A stretch of 58,868 nt of DNA from Congregibacter sp. (lineage in GTDB: Bacteria > Pseudomonadota > Gammaproteobacteria > Pseudomonadales > Halieaceae). The stretch lies in contig JBELDB010000001.1 in the NCBI GenBank assembly GCA_042094525.1, positions 13,539 to 72,406 on the forward strand, in the 5' to 3' direction. Position 1 is the first letter of the stretch. Each line of letters opens with the position of its first letter. Below, piece by piece: positions 30,997-43,730 of this stretch. The translations under genes were made by a program, and so were the position numbers. The notes below the pieces were generated by a model that did not search any database, was not told the origin of the DNA, and was given only the letters and a program-made list of their open reading frames with translations.

Positions 30997-32343
30997 GTGA
31001 ATTCACCTGCCAACTTTTCTGTGAAGACCGAACGTATCGATGTCGCGCTGCGCGCTGAGACGCTGGTCGATGTGGCGGGTATTTTGGCCGACATGTCCCC
31101 CGGCGACGTGGCGCACTTAATCAGCTCATCGCCGCCAGACTACCGCTCCGTTTTGCTTGGGCTACTCGAACCCGAGCAGGAGGCACTGGTTGTCAATGAG
31201 CTGCCCGATGATTTGCGCAACGCCACGCTGATTGATCGCGAACCAGAGGCTCTGGCCGAAATCGTCGGGCAGCTGGACGACGACGACGTAGCAGATATCT
31301 TGCATGAGCTACCCGATGAGGTAACGGGGCAGGTCTTGGCGATCATGGACGAACAGTATCGCCAGAGGTTACAAAAAGTACTGAGCTTCCCCGATGACGT
31401 GGCCGGCGGCCTCATGAGCACCGACACAATCACCATCCGGGCGGATCTGACGCTAGATGTCGTGCTGCGGTACCTTCGAAGACACGCCGAGATCCCGCCA
31501 AACACCGACAACCTTATCGTCGTGAATCGAACTGATCGTTTCGTGGGGCTCCTCCCGATAGGCACGGTGTTGGTCTCAGATCCCGCCGTTTCAGTGAGGG
31601 AGATGATGATCACTGATCAGGAAGCCATTAACGCCGATACACCCGCGACAGAGGTTGCGCGTCGGTTTGAGCGAAACGACTGGATTTCAGCACCCGTTGT
31701 TGATGATAGCGGTAAGCTACTGGGAAGGATCACCATCGATGACGTGGTCGATGTCATCATGGAAGAAGCAGATCACTCGCTGACTTCTCTGGCGGGCCTT
31801 GCAGAAGAAGATACCTTTGCGCCGGTGTGGCAGTCGGCTCCTCGGCGAGCGGTTTGGCTGGGGCTCAACCTAGTTACCGCATTGTTGGCTTCCTCAGTGA
31901 TCAATCTGTTTCAGGGCACTATCGAGAAAGTTGTGGCTCTCGCTGTTTTGATGCCTATCGTCGCCTCAATGGGCGGCATAGCGGGCACCCAAAGCCTGAC
32001 CATCTTGATTCGTGCAATGGCCATGGGACAAATCAGCGATCGCAATCAGTTGTGGTTAATCGGCCGTGAGTCTCTCGTGGGACTGTTCAATGGCCTGCTC
32101 TGGGCTGCAGTCATTGCCGCTACGGCTTCAATTTGGTTTGGAGATATGATCCTCGGTGCGGTTATTGCTTGTGCCATGCTGATTAATCTTGTTACCGCTG
32201 GCTTGACGGGCGCGGGACTGCCCATTGTGTTACGCAGAATGCGCATAGACCCCGCGCTCGCTGGGGGCGTACTGGTAACAACCATTACTGATGTGGTGGG
32301 GTTCCTGGCTTTTCTCGGCCTCGCCACCGTATTTTATGGCTAA
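30997..32343 (+). CDS. mgtE: Magnesium transporter MgtE
   Basis: AGGLM, CBS pair, GRITIDDV, MPIVASMGG, DPALAG..TTITD. Confidence 0.95.
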   Translation: MNSPANFSVKTERIDVALRAETLVDVAGILADMSPGDVAHLISSSPPDYRSVLLGLLEPEQEALVVNELPDDLRNATLIDREPEALAEIVGQLDDDDVADILHELPDEVTGQVLAIMDEQYRQRLQKVLSFPDDVAGGLMSTDTITIRADLTLDVVLRYLRRHAEIPPNTDNLIVVNRTDRFVGLLPIGTVLVSDPAVSVREMMITDQEAINADTPATEVARRFERNDWISAPVVDDSGKLLGRITIDDVVDVIMEEADHSLTSLAGLAEEDTFAPVWQSAPRRAVWLGLNLVTALLASSVINLFQGTIEKVVALAVLMPIVASMGGIAGTQSLTILIRAMAMGQISDRNQLWLIGRESLVGLFNGLLWAAVIAATASIWFGDMILGAVIACAMLINLVTAGLTGAGLPIVLRRMRIDPALAGGVLVTTITDVVGFLAFLGLATVFYG

Positions 32344-32357
32344 GGACCAGGCAATCT

Positions 32358-32885
32358 GTGACCGATAGTGACGCAAATGAATGGGAGGACCAGCGGCCCA
32401 GTAAAAGTGAGCTTAAAAGGCAGATGCATGCATTGCAGGAGATGGGCGAGCGTCTGGTGAGCCTGCCTCGAGCCGATCTCGACCGCATCCAAATTGATGA
32501 TGAGCGGCTTAAAGAGGCCGTGGAAATGGCTCGCGGAATCAGAGCACGAGGCGGACTCAAACGGCAGCTGCAGTTTATCGGGAAACTCATGCGTTCTGTC
32601 GACATAGAACCCATCGCGAAGAGTCTCGCGATACTCGATCAGCAACACAATGCAACCACCGCTGGATTTCACAGAGTTGAACTGGCCAGAGATCGATTAC
32701 GCACGGAGGGAGACGCCGCATTGGGCGACATCCTCGCCATTTGGCCAGACGCCGAAATTTCTCTATTGCGACAGTGGATACGACAGCATCCCCGGGAAGT
32801 CGAACGCGGCAATGCAAAAGCTCACAGTAAGAAACTCTTCCGTTATTTGTCGGGGCTCGACAACACTGATTCCAAGACGTCTTGA
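32358..32885 (+). CDS. darP: Ribosome biogenesis factor YjgA/DarP
   Basis: PSKSELKR, LQEMGERL, RQLQFIGKLMR, KKLFRYL. Confidence 0.92.
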   Translation: MTDSDANEWEDQRPSKSELKRQMHALQEMGERLVSLPRADLDRIQIDDERLKEAVEMARGIRARGGLKRQLQFIGKLMRSVDIEPIAKSLAILDQQHNATTAGFHRVELARDRLRTEGDAALGDILAIWPDAEISLLRQWIRQHPREVERGNAKAHSKKLFRYLSGLDNTDSKTS

Positions 32886-35800
32886 GGCTCTGTTTCTGGT
32901 AGGCGCGATTTGGCGTCAAAAACGCGCTCAAATGCTACTTGTGGATCCTCGAGATCACCACTGACCGCGTAGACACCGCTTGAGAGTTGATTCATTTGGT
33001 CTTCAAAAACTTTCCCTATTAGATATGTACCGGCGGCTATCGGAAGTCCGCCCGCCAGCGCGGCAACCCACGGTATATTCTCAACGAGAGGCAGCGTCAC
33101 CACCAGCTCGCCATTCAGTGTTTCAGCGATCAGGTCTATATCACTGCTGAAGTTGAAATAACCGCCAGACCCCTCGATTGAGAAGCCGGGGATGTGCAGC
33201 ATCCCACTATTAAATTCGAAAACACCCCCGGCCTGATCAAAAGTGACTCCCGGGTCGAACAATTGATTCATATTCGCGCGGCGGAAAAGCCCAGAGAGAT
33301 TCAGAAGACTCAGCAGTCGCAGCGCGCCTGTCGCTTCCGCATTGGCCGACAGAAATGATCCCGATTGCATCTCGAGGTTCAACACGCCTGTGACTGAACT
33401 CAACTCAAATTCCGCCGGACTGCCCGACCATTGCCAATCGGTTTGTAAGAGCCCACTGCGCGTCTCCACTATCGGTGTGACGCCAATTAATTCAAGGGTT
33501 GTCCCAATATCCTCAAGTTCGGCTGCAAGCGTTAGCCGAGTATCGTCACCCGCATCATTGGAACGCCATGCGATGCGTGTAGTGGGCAACCACTGGATAC
33601 CAAGAAATTCACCCGTTATGTCCCGAAATACCCAGCCCTCCGAATCACTGTAATCGACGGCTAATGAGAGACCTCCGAGGTCCTTATCGCCACTTTTTAC
33701 CGACGCCAACGATACGGGCAGGGGCAGTAGCCAGTCGTAAGATGACCCCGTGGGCTCGGAAGGCGCCTGGCTTGTGAACTGCTCGCTGATTTCAGGTAAC
33801 TCATTAAGATCGACGTACGCTATCGTCAGCCGCCGTTCCAGTGGCATTTTGATATCAGCGGCGGACTCCGAGACCGGCAACCCTCTATCTTGAACAAAAT
33901 GACCCTGCAGCCAATCCATATCGAATTGAGCACTGATCGCTGCACCTTCCATATTGAGGCTCAATTCCAGCTGCCCCAGTTCTTCACCGCGCCATAAAGC
34001 ACGTCCTATCCGCAATGCTTCAATATGGACAGCCAACGATCCATCGATGCTGCCAAATTCCCAATGACCGGTGTGTTGTAGCCAATCTGCAGGGTCCAGT
34101 GACGGGAGATATCCCGTCACTGTCACGCCAGGAGCGGGCGCCAGAGTTGGCCAACTGGCTGGCCGGGTTCTCGGAGTCAGATCAACCAGCACCGCTGTTT
34201 CGCCATACTCCGGCACGTCTGCGATCGCGGAAAATCGGCCAAACCAGAAGACCTCCCAGCCGGCCCATTCGCGATCATGCCAGCTCACTTTTAGCGGCGC
34301 ACGCGAGTCGACTGACTTGCCCCATGGCATCGGCAGGTCTATCTGAACACCTCGTAGATCGGACTCAATGTCTACCGCAACGGCTTCGGCCACATTCACC
34401 GCAACGCTGGCTGACGTGACGCCATGAGCTGGCAAAGCAAAGCTCACTGGTTGCCAGGACAGCAAATCCGATACTGAAACCTCGAAATCCAGCTGCGCCG
34501 CCAACAGGGTATCGGCTGAGGTCGCCAAATGTGGGCCCATCTCAACCTTCAAGTGTCGGCCGAAAGTGGTAGCGGTCAGTCCCGAAGACCCAAAACCCGT
34601 CTGGGTTTGGTAGGTCAGAGGCCCGGTGACATTTTCTGCCTGCAAGTCCAGCAAAGCAGATTCCACTCTGGCGTCGATCAGATCCACCGCGACATTGATA
34701 TCAACGGTTTTCTGTAGATTTCTTAAATCGAATTTCATGCCCAGGGAGGCGTTGGCCGGCTGCTCTCCCGAGAGAGTGAGGTCGTTCATGACAAGCTCAG
34801 CGACTGACAACGCGGGGAGCGCTTGAAGTGTCCGCAATATCTGATCGGGGCGGCCCTCTACCTCCGACTTAAGGGCAAACCAAGCCGAACCTGCGTCGAG
34901 GAGAATGCCAACGGAAGTCGCCTTCAGCGAAACTTCCGCAATGATACTTTCTGGTGACCAGACGTCGATACGAGTGTCATCCAGACGCAGTTGGCTAGCC
35001 GATTGCAACGACTTTGGCCAGTCAGGCTGGTAGTCCAATGTCACATCGGCCAGTTCGACTGCCAGTTGCATGGTTTGACTCAGATGACCATATGATTTGA
35101 AGCCGCCGCGCCAGAGGAAGACACCCTCTTCAATACGCCCCTCAGGCAGAGCTGACTGCAGCCATTGATAGGCAGGCTCAGGCATACGATAGGGCACATA
35201 GGCGTTTCGGATCGCAACCGGCGCATCTTTGACCGAGGCCGCTAACCGCATGTCGAGGGGCACGCTGGAACCACGTGAAAAAGGAATATCAATTTCAAAC
35301 TGCACCGTGGCATGGTGATCAGTGGCCCGGGCCAAAAATAACCCGTTCTCCAAGAACAGCGCGTCCGGCTGCCATCGACCCTCTAGCTTGCCGATCACAC
35401 TCTCCATACGAATGGGCTCCTCATAGACCTTGGGTAGGAGCAATGCATAATCTTCTGTAGTGATCCACGCAGTGGCGCCCACCTCACTGGCAGATAATGA
35501 GGCGTCGATGCCTGCGAGACCCGGTACTTTTTTGTAGGGAGCTGTTGTGGCGTTCGTCACTTCTGCCTGCGCTGTCCAACTCGCAAGCGGATCGCTAATT
35601 GATTCGACGGTCAGCGCGAGACTATCAATACGCCCTCTCGGATCGAGGGTCTGTAATATCGAACTCACCTTTTCTGGCAGCAACCCACTTTTGATGATGA
35701 CCGTTACCAACGGCGGTACTTCAAAGTCCTCGGTCAACGCCCTCCAGCCCTGACCCAGACGTTTCACTTGAACTCTTGGCGCCTCAAAGACCTGCTCCAT

Positions 35801-36709
35801 GAAGCCAAGCACCGCATTGTCTATCCAAATATTGATCTCCCCGCTGGAGCCGACCAATGCCGTGTCAAAACTCAATGTCTCGAGAGAAACGGTATTGGCA
35901 CCCATCAATTCCAGCTGCTTGAAATCGGCCTGCACGACCCCCTCTCCTGAACCTCGTGACATGGACAGCCAAAAATCCGCGCCCCCCTGAGCCGTCAACT
36001 CCACATTGAAAAACTGAGACAGGTAGGAGATTCCCGCTCCCGTAACGCTGCCTTCGATGTCACCTGAAAACTGCCCAAGCGCAAAAGGATTGCCCGTGCC
36101 AGTTCCCTCTGCCGAGAGTAGCTGGCCATCCGGAGTCTCGATGGCCAGTCGCAAGACTCGACGACTGCCATCACGCAGCAAATCAATATCCAGTGCCAGC
36201 GCGTCAAGCGTCACTTGGGCGTTACTGTTCCCGATGACCCCAACGATCTGCGCATCCCGGATCTGAAGTCGCTGGAAACGATTAAATACGTCGCGGACAC
36301 TTTGCGGTATTTCTGTTTTATTCGTATCTGACAGGCTGGTCCAATGAATGCGCGGCGACTCCAACAACAGTTCGTCGAAACGCGGCGCACCGCTGATCAA
36401 GGTCTGCCAAGGATTTAAGCGCATACTTGCAGCGGGAAGCTGGACAGTATTCCCGGTGTCCTGATCCCGGATAGAAAAATCGACGAGGTGAAGCCGGGGG
36501 GAGAACCCATCCATCGCCCCGCGCAGTTCACCAATCGACACATCGCCGGCAACACCATCCGAAAGCAGTTGCTCAATGTCATACCGCATCTGCGGTAACG
36601 CACCCATCAGCAACCGCCCGCCGCTGACATAAATTGCCAGGGCGACCAACGTGAGGACCATGAGCGGCCAGATGAGCCGACCCACATGTTTGGGTATGGC
36701 CCTAACCAT
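32843..36709 (-). CDS. yhdP: AsmA-like phospholipid transport protein YhdP
   Basis: About 1290 aa, N-terminal TM, beta-rich, LRLLSLLN, C-terminal VYAVSGDLEDP; downstream of mreBCD-maf. Confidence 0.85.
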   Translation of the reverse strand: MVRAIPKHVGRLIWPLMVLTLVALAIYVSGGRLLMGALPQMRYDIEQLLSDGVAGDVSIGELRGAMDGFSPRLHLVDFSIRDQDTGNTVQLPAASMRLNPWQTLISGAPRFDELLLESPRIHWTSLSDTNKTEIPQSVRDVFNRFQRLQIRDAQIVGVIGNSNAQVTLDALALDIDLLRDGSRRVLRLAIETPDGQLLSAEGTGTGNPFALGQFSGDIEGSVTGAGISYLSQFFNVELTAQGGADFWLSMSRGSGEGVVQADFKQLELMGANTVSLETLSFDTALVGSSGEINIWIDNAVLGFMEQVFEAPRVQVKRLGQGWRALTEDFEVPPLVTVIIKSGLLPEKVSSILQTLDPRGRIDSLALTVESISDPLASWTAQAEVTNATTAPYKKVPGLAGIDASLSASEVGATAWITTEDYALLLPKVYEEPIRMESVIGKLEGRWQPDALFLENGLFLARATDHHATVQFEIDIPFSRGSSVPLDMRLAASVKDAPVAIRNAYVPYRMPEPAYQWLQSALPEGRIEEGVFLWRGGFKSYGHLSQTMQLAVELADVTLDYQPDWPKSLQSASQLRLDDTRIDVWSPESIIAEVSLKATSVGILLDAGSAWFALKSEVEGRPDQILRTLQALPALSVAELVMNDLTLSGEQPANASLGMKFDLRNLQKTVDINVAVDLIDARVESALLDLQAENVTGPLTYQTQTGFGSSGLTATTFGRHLKVEMGPHLATSADTLLAAQLDFEVSVSDLLSWQPVSFALPAHGVTSASVAVNVAEAVAVDIESDLRGVQIDLPMPWGKSVDSRAPLKVSWHDREWAGWEVFWFGRFSAIADVPEYGETAVLVDLTPRTRPASWPTLAPAPGVTVTGYLPSLDPADWLQHTGHWEFGSIDGSLAVHIEALRIGRALWRGEELGQLELSLNMEGAAISAQFDMDWLQGHFVQDRGLPVSESAADIKMPLERRLTIAYVDLNELPEISEQFTSQAPSEPTGSSYDWLLPLPVSLASVKSGDKDLGGLSLAVDYSDSEGWVFRDITGEFLGIQWLPTTRIAWRSNDAGDDTRLTLAAELEDIGTTLELIGVTPIVETRSGLLQTDWQWSGSPAEFELSSVTGVLNLEMQSGSFLSANAEATGALRLLSLLNLSGLFRRANMNQLFDPGVTFDQAGGVFEFNSGMLHIPGFSIEGSGGYFNFSSDIDLIAETLNGELVVTLPLVENIPWVAALAGGLPIAAGTYLIGKVFEDQMNQLSSGVYAVSGDLEDPQVAFERVFDAKSRLPETEPQDVLESVLSSPDK

Positions 36710-37268
36710 GCTGAAGCTGTATCCCGGCTTTAAGCAGGAGCTCTCGAGTTTCACTCAGTGGCAGTCCCACTACTGCGCTGTAACTTCCTGTGATCCGACT
36801 CACAAAGGCGCCTGCATATCCCTGTATGCCGTACCCCCCAGCTTTATCCCACGGCTCCCCAGACAGTAAATAGGCATCGATCGCCGCATCGGATAAGTGC
36901 GTGAAGGTCACTGAAGTGGAACTCACCCGAGTCTGGATTTGCCCAGCATGCGCCACCGCAACAGCGGTGTGGACCTCATGCACGCTATCCGATAACGAAC
37001 GCAGCATGTGCCTTGCCTCCCGCGCGTCGCTTGGTTTGCCCAATATCTGATGATTCAGGGCGACCGTGGTATCTGCCCCCAAGCAAACGCAATCCCTAGT
37101 TGCGCACACTCTGGTCTTTTCTGCCGCCAACCTTTCTACGTAGTGTATCGGCTGCTCTCCTTCACGCGGCGTCTCGTCAATATCCGGCACCGCAGTGTCG
37201 AAAGCGGGCAACAATAGTGACAGCAACTCCTGCCTTCGAGGGCTTGATGATGCGAGGATAACTCGCAT
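36702..37268 (-). CDS. maf: Maf nucleoside triphosphate pyrophosphatase (YhdE type)
   Basis: LASSSPRR, GADT, ILGKP, DKAGGYGIQG, VVGLP. Confidence 0.95.
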   Translation of the reverse strand: MRVILASSSPRRQELLSLLLPAFDTAVPDIDETPREGEQPIHYVERLAAEKTRVCATRDCVCLGADTTVALNHQILGKPSDAREARHMLRSLSDSVHEVHTAVAVAHAGQIQTRVSSTSVTFTHLSDAAIDAYLLSGEPWDKAGGYGIQGYAGAFVSRITGSYSAVVGLPLSETRELLLKAGIQLQHG

Positions 37269-37750
37269 CAATACACCTCATAGTAGCGTCTGGAGTAGCG
37301 CAGGACCGCGCGCAGGGGTATCCAGCAGGCCATGGAAAACAATAATGCGAACAGGGCACCGGCAGACAAGGCAGGGACGCCAGTAACATTCCTCAACCAC
37401 TGCTCAATGCCGGTGCTCAACAACATTAATACCAGTATCACAACCGACTGCTGTATGGGATCAAACTGTCGAATACGCTGGTAGTTAAATTGCAAAATCA
37501 GCGTGGCGAGCATCAAGCCGGGAGAGGACAGCCCCAGCGGCGCACCCTCTATCAGGTCCAGCCCCATACCCAGAGCAAAAGCGGTGGCCACACCCACCCT
37601 GTGTGGTAACGCCAATGCCCAGTAAAACAGCACCAAAGCCGCTATGTCTGGCCGAAGAAACCGCCAGTCCATAGGGATAGGCAACAACACAATTAGCAAT
37701 GCGATCAGCAACGAGAGGTGAATAACCCATGTCGCATGCGCTTTGGTCAC
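37268..37750 (-). CDS. mreD: Rod shape-determining protein MreD
   Basis: Hydrophobic; RPD, YWALALPHRVG, DLIEG..LG. Confidence 0.93.
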   Translation of the reverse strand: MTKAHATWVIHLSLLIALLIVLLPIPMDWRFLRPDIAALVLFYWALALPHRVGVATAFALGMGLDLIEGAPLGLSSPGLMLATLILQFNYQRIRQFDPIQQSVVILVLMLLSTGIEQWLRNVTGVPALSAGALFALLFSMACWIPLRAVLRYSRRYYEVY

Positions 37751-38592
37751 GGGGTTGCTGCTTTCCTGGTCACGGCGCCCTGCGCCACAACCAGTACATG
37801 GCGTCCGCGATCAAGTGCTGATGCGGGCGCAGCACTGACTACCGCAAAGGCATCACCGGGAGCAATATCAACATGGGTCACCCGCGCTACGGGATAGCCT
37901 TGCGGAAAGCGCCCGCCCAGACCGGATGTGACTAACAAGTCGCCCACTCGAATATCTGTGGTGGCCGCGAGATGACGGATGACGAGACGATCGATCACCC
38001 CACTTCCTTCGGCAATAGCCCGCAGTCCCGATCGATTGACCTGTATGGGAAGGGCGTGCGCACTATCGGTAATCATTAAGGCTCGACTACTGTATTGTCC
38101 TGTAAGGACGATTTGCCCAATGAGCCCTTCAGCGCCCAATACGGGTTGACCCTGCCTAACACCGTCAACCGCACCTTTGTCCAAAATCACCGCGTGACGC
38201 GCAGGATCAGGTGACAACGAACTGATCTGGGCGGCAATCAATTCCTCGTCGATTTCCCGGGCAGAATTCAATAACGCCTTGTAGCGCGCATTTTCAGATA
38301 ACAGCGAAGCCAACCGCTGAGACTGCCCCTTCAGTACTCGGTTCTCCTGCTGCAGTCTCAGGACTTCATCCTGTAGGTCGCGACGCGAACGCAGCGAACC
38401 CATCAGTCTGTCCCAGGCATCGAAAGGTGCGAGCACCACGTCGCTGGCGAAAGCAACCGTATCAACTGCGCCACGCTGGATCGCCAACACCCGCGGGTGC
38501 TCTCGAAAGAAAAAGAGGCTGAGAATACAAATCAAGCTCAGAACAATAAATCTTGCGCTGATCGGGTTTTGTTTTAGGAAAAGCGGTTTAAT
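37747..38592 (-). CDS. mreC: Rod shape-determining protein MreC (probable ATT start)
   Basis: ENARYKALL, LDKG..DGV, GDLLVTSGLGGRFPQGYPV; frame extends to ATT-AAA-CCG-CTT-TTC (KPLF) with GGAG RBS. Confidence 0.93.
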   Translation of the reverse strand: MKPLFLKQNPISARFIVLSLICILSLFFFREHPRVLAIQRGAVDTVAFASDVVLAPFDAWDRLMGSLRSRRDLQDEVLRLQQENRVLKGQSQRLASLLSENARYKALLNSAREIDEELIAAQISSLSPDPARHAVILDKGAVDGVRQGQPVLGAEGLIGQIVLTGQYSSRALMITDSAHALPIQVNRSGLRAIAEGSGVIDRLVIRHLAATTDIRVGDLLVTSGLGGRFPQGYPVARVTHVDIAPGDAFAVVSAAPASALDRGRHVLVVAQGAVTRKAATP

Positions 38593-38616
38593 GGCGCTGC
38601 TCCGGTCGCTCGGGGA

Positions 38617-39678
<1,062 letters not shown>

Positions 39679-39873
39679 TCATCCAGGGTGCATCGAGTCA
39701 GGACATGCCTCATCCCGCTACCGGGGCACGTCGAGAACGTTTAGAAAAAGCCAGAAAATGCTCTTTAATCCAACGTTTACGACGACAAATGCCGGATGAA
39801 TGTAGCAATGCAGGGGTTTTTGGGCAAGCCACAAGTGTGTTAGTTTTCGCGGCCTTCGCCGAGGAGTCGCCCC

Positions 39874-40161
39874 ATGTCTGTCACACAGCAAGATGTCGAG
39901 AAGGTCGCCCTGCTCGCCAGATTAGCCATATCGGAATCTGACCTGCCCGAGGTGACAGACCGTTTCGGACGTGTGCTGGATCTAGTTGATGAACTCAATA
40001 CGATTGAGACCGAGTCTGTGGTGCCGATGTCTAACCCCCACGATATGCAACAGCGATTACGGCCCGATACCGTCACCCGAGTTAATGAGCGGGAGGCGCT
40101 GATGGCGTCCGCCCCCGCGAGCGATCAAGGCTATTACCTGGTGCCCAAGGTCATTGACTGA
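39874..40161 (+). CDS. gatC: Asp/Glu-tRNA amidotransferase subunit C
   Basis: VALLARL, LRPD, YLVPKVI. Confidence 0.95.
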   Translation: MSVTQQDVEKVALLARLAISESDLPEVTDRFGRVLDLVDELNTIETESVVPMSNPHDMQQRLRPDTVTRVNEREALMASAPASDQGYYLVPKVID

Positions 40162-41636
40162 TGACCGATAGCGCACTACTCAACGCTTCGGTCTCTGAAC
40201 TGAGAAAACTGCTCAGGAATAAAACCGTCTCCAGTGAAGAACTCACGCGTGCCTACCTAAGCAGTATCGAGCGACATAACCCGGCACTGAATGCCGTCGT
40301 CACAGTGTGTCCGGACCAAGCACTGGACGGCGCGCGACAGGCGGATGCGGCACTTGCCAAGGGGGAGCATGGGCTGCTGACTGGGGTACCACTGCTCCAC
40401 AAAGATATTTTTTGCACGCAGGATGTTCGAACAACCTGCGGCTCGCGCATGCTGGCGCAGTTTGTACCTGCTTACGACGCCACGGTTGTCTCGAGAATGA
40501 AAGCTCAGGGCGCGGTGATGCTTGGCAAGTGCAATATGGATGAATTTGCAATGGGCTCGTCCAACGAGACCAGCTTTTTTGGTGCGGTCAGAAACCCCTG
40601 GGATACGAATTGCGTTCCGGGTGGCAGCTCTGGCGGTTCTGCAGCCGCTCTCGCGGCGGGCATGGCGCCTCTGGTAACAGGGACAGATACCGGGGGCTCG
40701 ATCCGACAACCAGCTTCCCTTTGCGGCGTGACGGGCCTCAAACCGACCTACGGTCGGGTCTCTCGGTTGGGAATTATTGCGTTCGCGTCGTCTCTAGATC
40801 AAGCGGGACCGCTCGCTTATACGGCTGAGGATTGTGCCATCGCGCTGACAGCTATGTCAGGGCTCGATGCTGGCGACTCGACCTCCGCTGACCTACCTGT
40901 TCCCAATTTTCATGAAGCGCTGAATCTCGATGTCCAAGGGCTGAGAATTGGCTTACCCCGCGAATACTTCAACGATGACCTAGACAGCGACGTTCGAGAC
41001 CGCGTTATGACAGCGCTGTCAGCATTGGAGAAAGCAGGCGCCACACTGATTGACATTGAATTGCCCCACAGCCACTACGCGATTGCTACCTACTACGTCA
41101 TCGCGCCCGCTGAAGCCTCAGCGAATCTGGCTCGCTATGACGGGGTGCGTTTTGGATACCGTTGCGATGATCCAACAGATCTGGAGGACCTTTACCTTCG
41201 ATCCCGCAGCGAAGGCTTTGGCGAGGAAGTGCAAAGACGGATCTTGGTGGGGACCTATGCGCTGTCGGCGGGCTTCTATGACGCCTATTTCAATAAAGCT
41301 CAGCAGGTCAGGCGGGTGATCGCCGAGGATTTCCAGCGCGCCTTCGAACACGTCGACATTATTGCGGGACCCTCTGCACCAGGGATTGCCTTCCCCTTTG
41401 GTGCCAAACAGCAGGATCCGGTGGCAATGTACATGGAAGACATCTATACGCTGGCGGTAAATCTGGCGGGCCTGCCGGGCCTTTCCACTCCAGCTGGCCT
41501 GATCAATGGCATGCCCGTTGGCTTGCAACTCATCGGTAAAGCATTCGATGAGCAGTCGATCCTCAATGCGGCACATCGACTGCAGACAGATACGGATTGG
41601 CACACCGCGCGTCCGAATCTAGGAGCGATGGCGTAA
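40161..41636 (+). CDS. gatA: Asp/Glu-tRNA amidotransferase subunit A
   Basis: [40 protein letters not shown]. Confidence 0.97.
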   Translation: MTDSALLNASVSELRKLLRNKTVSSEELTRAYLSSIERHNPALNAVVTVCPDQALDGARQADAALAKGEHGLLTGVPLLHKDIFCTQDVRTTCGSRMLAQFVPAYDATVVSRMKAQGAVMLGKCNMDEFAMGSSNETSFFGAVRNPWDTNCVPGGSSGGSAAALAAGMAPLVTGTDTGGSIRQPASLCGVTGLKPTYGRVSRLGIIAFASSLDQAGPLAYTAEDCAIALTAMSGLDAGDSTSADLPVPNFHEALNLDVQGLRIGLPREYFNDDLDSDVRDRVMTALSALEKAGATLIDIELPHSHYAIATYYVIAPAEASANLARYDGVRFGYRCDDPTDLEDLYLRSRSEGFGEEVQRRILVGTYALSAGFYDAYFNKAQQVRRVIAEDFQRAFEHVDIIAGPSAPGIAFPFGAKQQDPVAMYMEDIYTLAVNLAGLPGLSTPAGLINGMPVGLQLIGKAFDEQSILNAAHRLQTDTDWHTARPNLGAMA

Positions 41637-43087
41637 TGAGCTGGGAAATGGTCATGGGTCTTGAGGTGCATTTGCAGCTCGCCACACAATCAAAAATCTT
41701 CTCGGGTTCTGCGACCACCTTTGGTGCTGCGCCAAACGCCCAGGCTGATGCCGTCGATTTAGGCATGCCCGGTATGCTTCCTGTTTTGAATGAGCAGGCT
41801 GTTCGCTTCGCCGTAACCTTTGGCCTTGGTATTGGCGCTCGCATCGGTGAGCGATCAGTATTCGATCGAAAGAATTACTTCTATCCCGACCTACCCAAGG
41901 GCTATCAAGTCAGTCAATTCTTTGCGCCCATCGTCTGCGAGGGGGTTTTTGATGTGCCCATGACAGATGGAACACTTTGCCCAATTCGTATCACCCGAGC
42001 GCACCTCGAAGAAGACGCGGGCAAATCGGTTCACGATGCGTTTAGTAGGGAGACGGGTATCGACCTCAATCGCGCGGGCACGCCGCTACTCGAAATCGTG
42101 ACCGAACCCGATTTCCGGTCAGCGGAGCAAGCTGTGGCTTATCTCAAAGCATTGCACTCTCTTGTGACCTATCTGGGTATTTCAGACGGCAACATGGCCG
42201 AAGGCTCGATGCGCTGTGACATCAACATTTCATTGCGGGAAAAAGGATCAGATGCGCTGGGCACGCGAACCGAGATCAAGAACGTCAACTCGTTCCGATT
42301 CGTTGAGCGCGCCATACACAGCGAATATGCGCGACAGGCCGATATTCTTGAGGGTGGCGGCGCTATCACTCAGGAGACTCGCCTCTACGATGCCGAACAA
42401 AACGTCACGCGCTCGATGCGCTCCAAAGAAGTTGCTAATGATTACCGCTACTTTCCAGAGCCGGACCTACTACCGATTGTCATAGACACGGACTATATAG
42501 AAGCCATCCGAGCCACACTGCCAGAATTACCGGCGGCCAAGCGCGAGCGGTTCATCAGTCAATATGAACTCACCGACTATGACGCAACCTTACTCGTTCC
42601 CAACCATTCGGTGGCGGATTATTTCGAGTCCGTCGTCAAAGCCGGAGGGACTGCGAAACCTGCCGCGAATTGGATTCTTGGCGATCTGTCAGGAGCACTC
42701 AATCGTGCCGAAGTGGATATCACGGCCTGCCCCATTTCGGCGGAGCAGCTCGCTGGGCTGATCGTGCGCATTGAAGATGGTACGTTGTCGAGCAAGCTGG
42801 CAAAACAGGTGTTTGAGGCGCTTTGGGCGGGCGAGGGTGACACCGACGAGATCATCGCTGAGCGCGGGCTCGAGCAAGTAAGTGACTCAGGCGCTCTGGA
42901 GGCCATGGTTGACGAGGTTATTGCCCAAAGTCCAGACCAAGTGGCCCAGTATCTCGCTGCCGATGAAACCAAAAAGAAGAAACTGAGTGGCTTCTTTGTG
43001 GGCCAGATTATGAAGGCATCAAGGGGGCAGGCTAACCCCCAAATGGTCAACGAGTTATTGCTCAAGAAACTGAACGATCAGTCCTGA
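41636..43087 (+). CDS. gatB: Asp/Glu-tRNA amidotransferase subunit B
   Basis: [36 protein letters not shown]. Confidence 0.97.
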   Translation: MSWEMVMGLEVHLQLATQSKIFSGSATTFGAAPNAQADAVDLGMPGMLPVLNEQAVRFAVTFGLGIGARIGERSVFDRKNYFYPDLPKGYQVSQFFAPIVCEGVFDVPMTDGTLCPIRITRAHLEEDAGKSVHDAFSRETGIDLNRAGTPLLEIVTEPDFRSAEQAVAYLKALHSLVTYLGISDGNMAEGSMRCDINISLREKGSDALGTRTEIKNVNSFRFVERAIHSEYARQADILEGGGAITQETRLYDAEQNVTRSMRSKEVANDYRYFPEPDLLPIVIDTDYIEAIRATLPELPAAKRERFISQYELTDYDATLLVPNHSVADYFESVVKAGGTAKPAANWILGDLSGALNRAEVDITACPISAEQLAGLIVRIEDGTLSSKLAKQVFEALWAGEGDTDEIIAERGLEQVSDSGALEAMVDEVIAQSPDQVAQYLAADETKKKKLSGFFVGQIMKASRGQANPQMVNELLLKKLNDQS

Positions 43088-43677
43088 ACCCGGCCCTTTA
43101 AATACTTCAGGCGATTTTCTCGCTTCTGCTCCGCACTTTTACGCAGCAAAACATAAATTGCGCCGGTGCCCCCATGTGCAGGTCGAGCCGAGTGAAAAGC
43201 CTGTACGGCATCCAATTCACGTAACCAGTGGTCGATATAGCCCTTGAGGATCGCAGAGCCTTCGCCATGAGTTTTGGACTGCCCCTTGCCGTGAACAATC
43301 AGCAATGTGCGTAAACCCAGCTCTGTCGCTTCGCGGATAAAAGAGAAAACCTCTTCTCTCGCCTGTTTCACCAACATGCGATGCAGGTCAAGTCGCGCGT
43401 CGACCTGATATTGACCAAGGCGCAGTTTCCGATAAACACCGTGCTGGATGCCCGGTCTTTTAAATTCTAGAACGTGCCAAGCATCCAGCGGCATGACCCC
43501 GTCGTCGGCCAGGGGATTGAGCGGTTCGTCTTCCGCTACTGCTGCACGCTGCCGACCTTTTTGTTGCTCCTCGGACAGTCGCTCCTTGACCAAGCGTACA
43601 CGCGCCTCTCGGCCTAGGGGCTTGACCCCGGCCATTTCCTCGGCAAAGAGATCCTCGTCACTCACCCGTGTTTGCAC
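43078..43677 (-). CDS. smrA: Smr-domain endonuclease SmrA
   Basis: [34 protein letters not shown]. Confidence 0.88.
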   Translation of the reverse strand: MQTRVSDEDLFAEEMAGVKPLGREARVRLVKERLSEEQQKGRQRAAVAEDEPLNPLADDGVMPLDAWHVLEFKRPGIQHGVYRKLRLGQYQVDARLDLHRMLVKQAREEVFSFIREATELGLRTLLIVHGKGQSKTHGEGSAILKGYIDHWLRELDAVQAFHSARPAHGGTGAIYVLLRKSAEQKRENRLKYLKGRVQD

Positions 43678-43730
43678 TCTGCTCCGCGATTGGGACAGTA
43701 TAGTGCTCGCATCGGCTGCTGGGGGACTCC

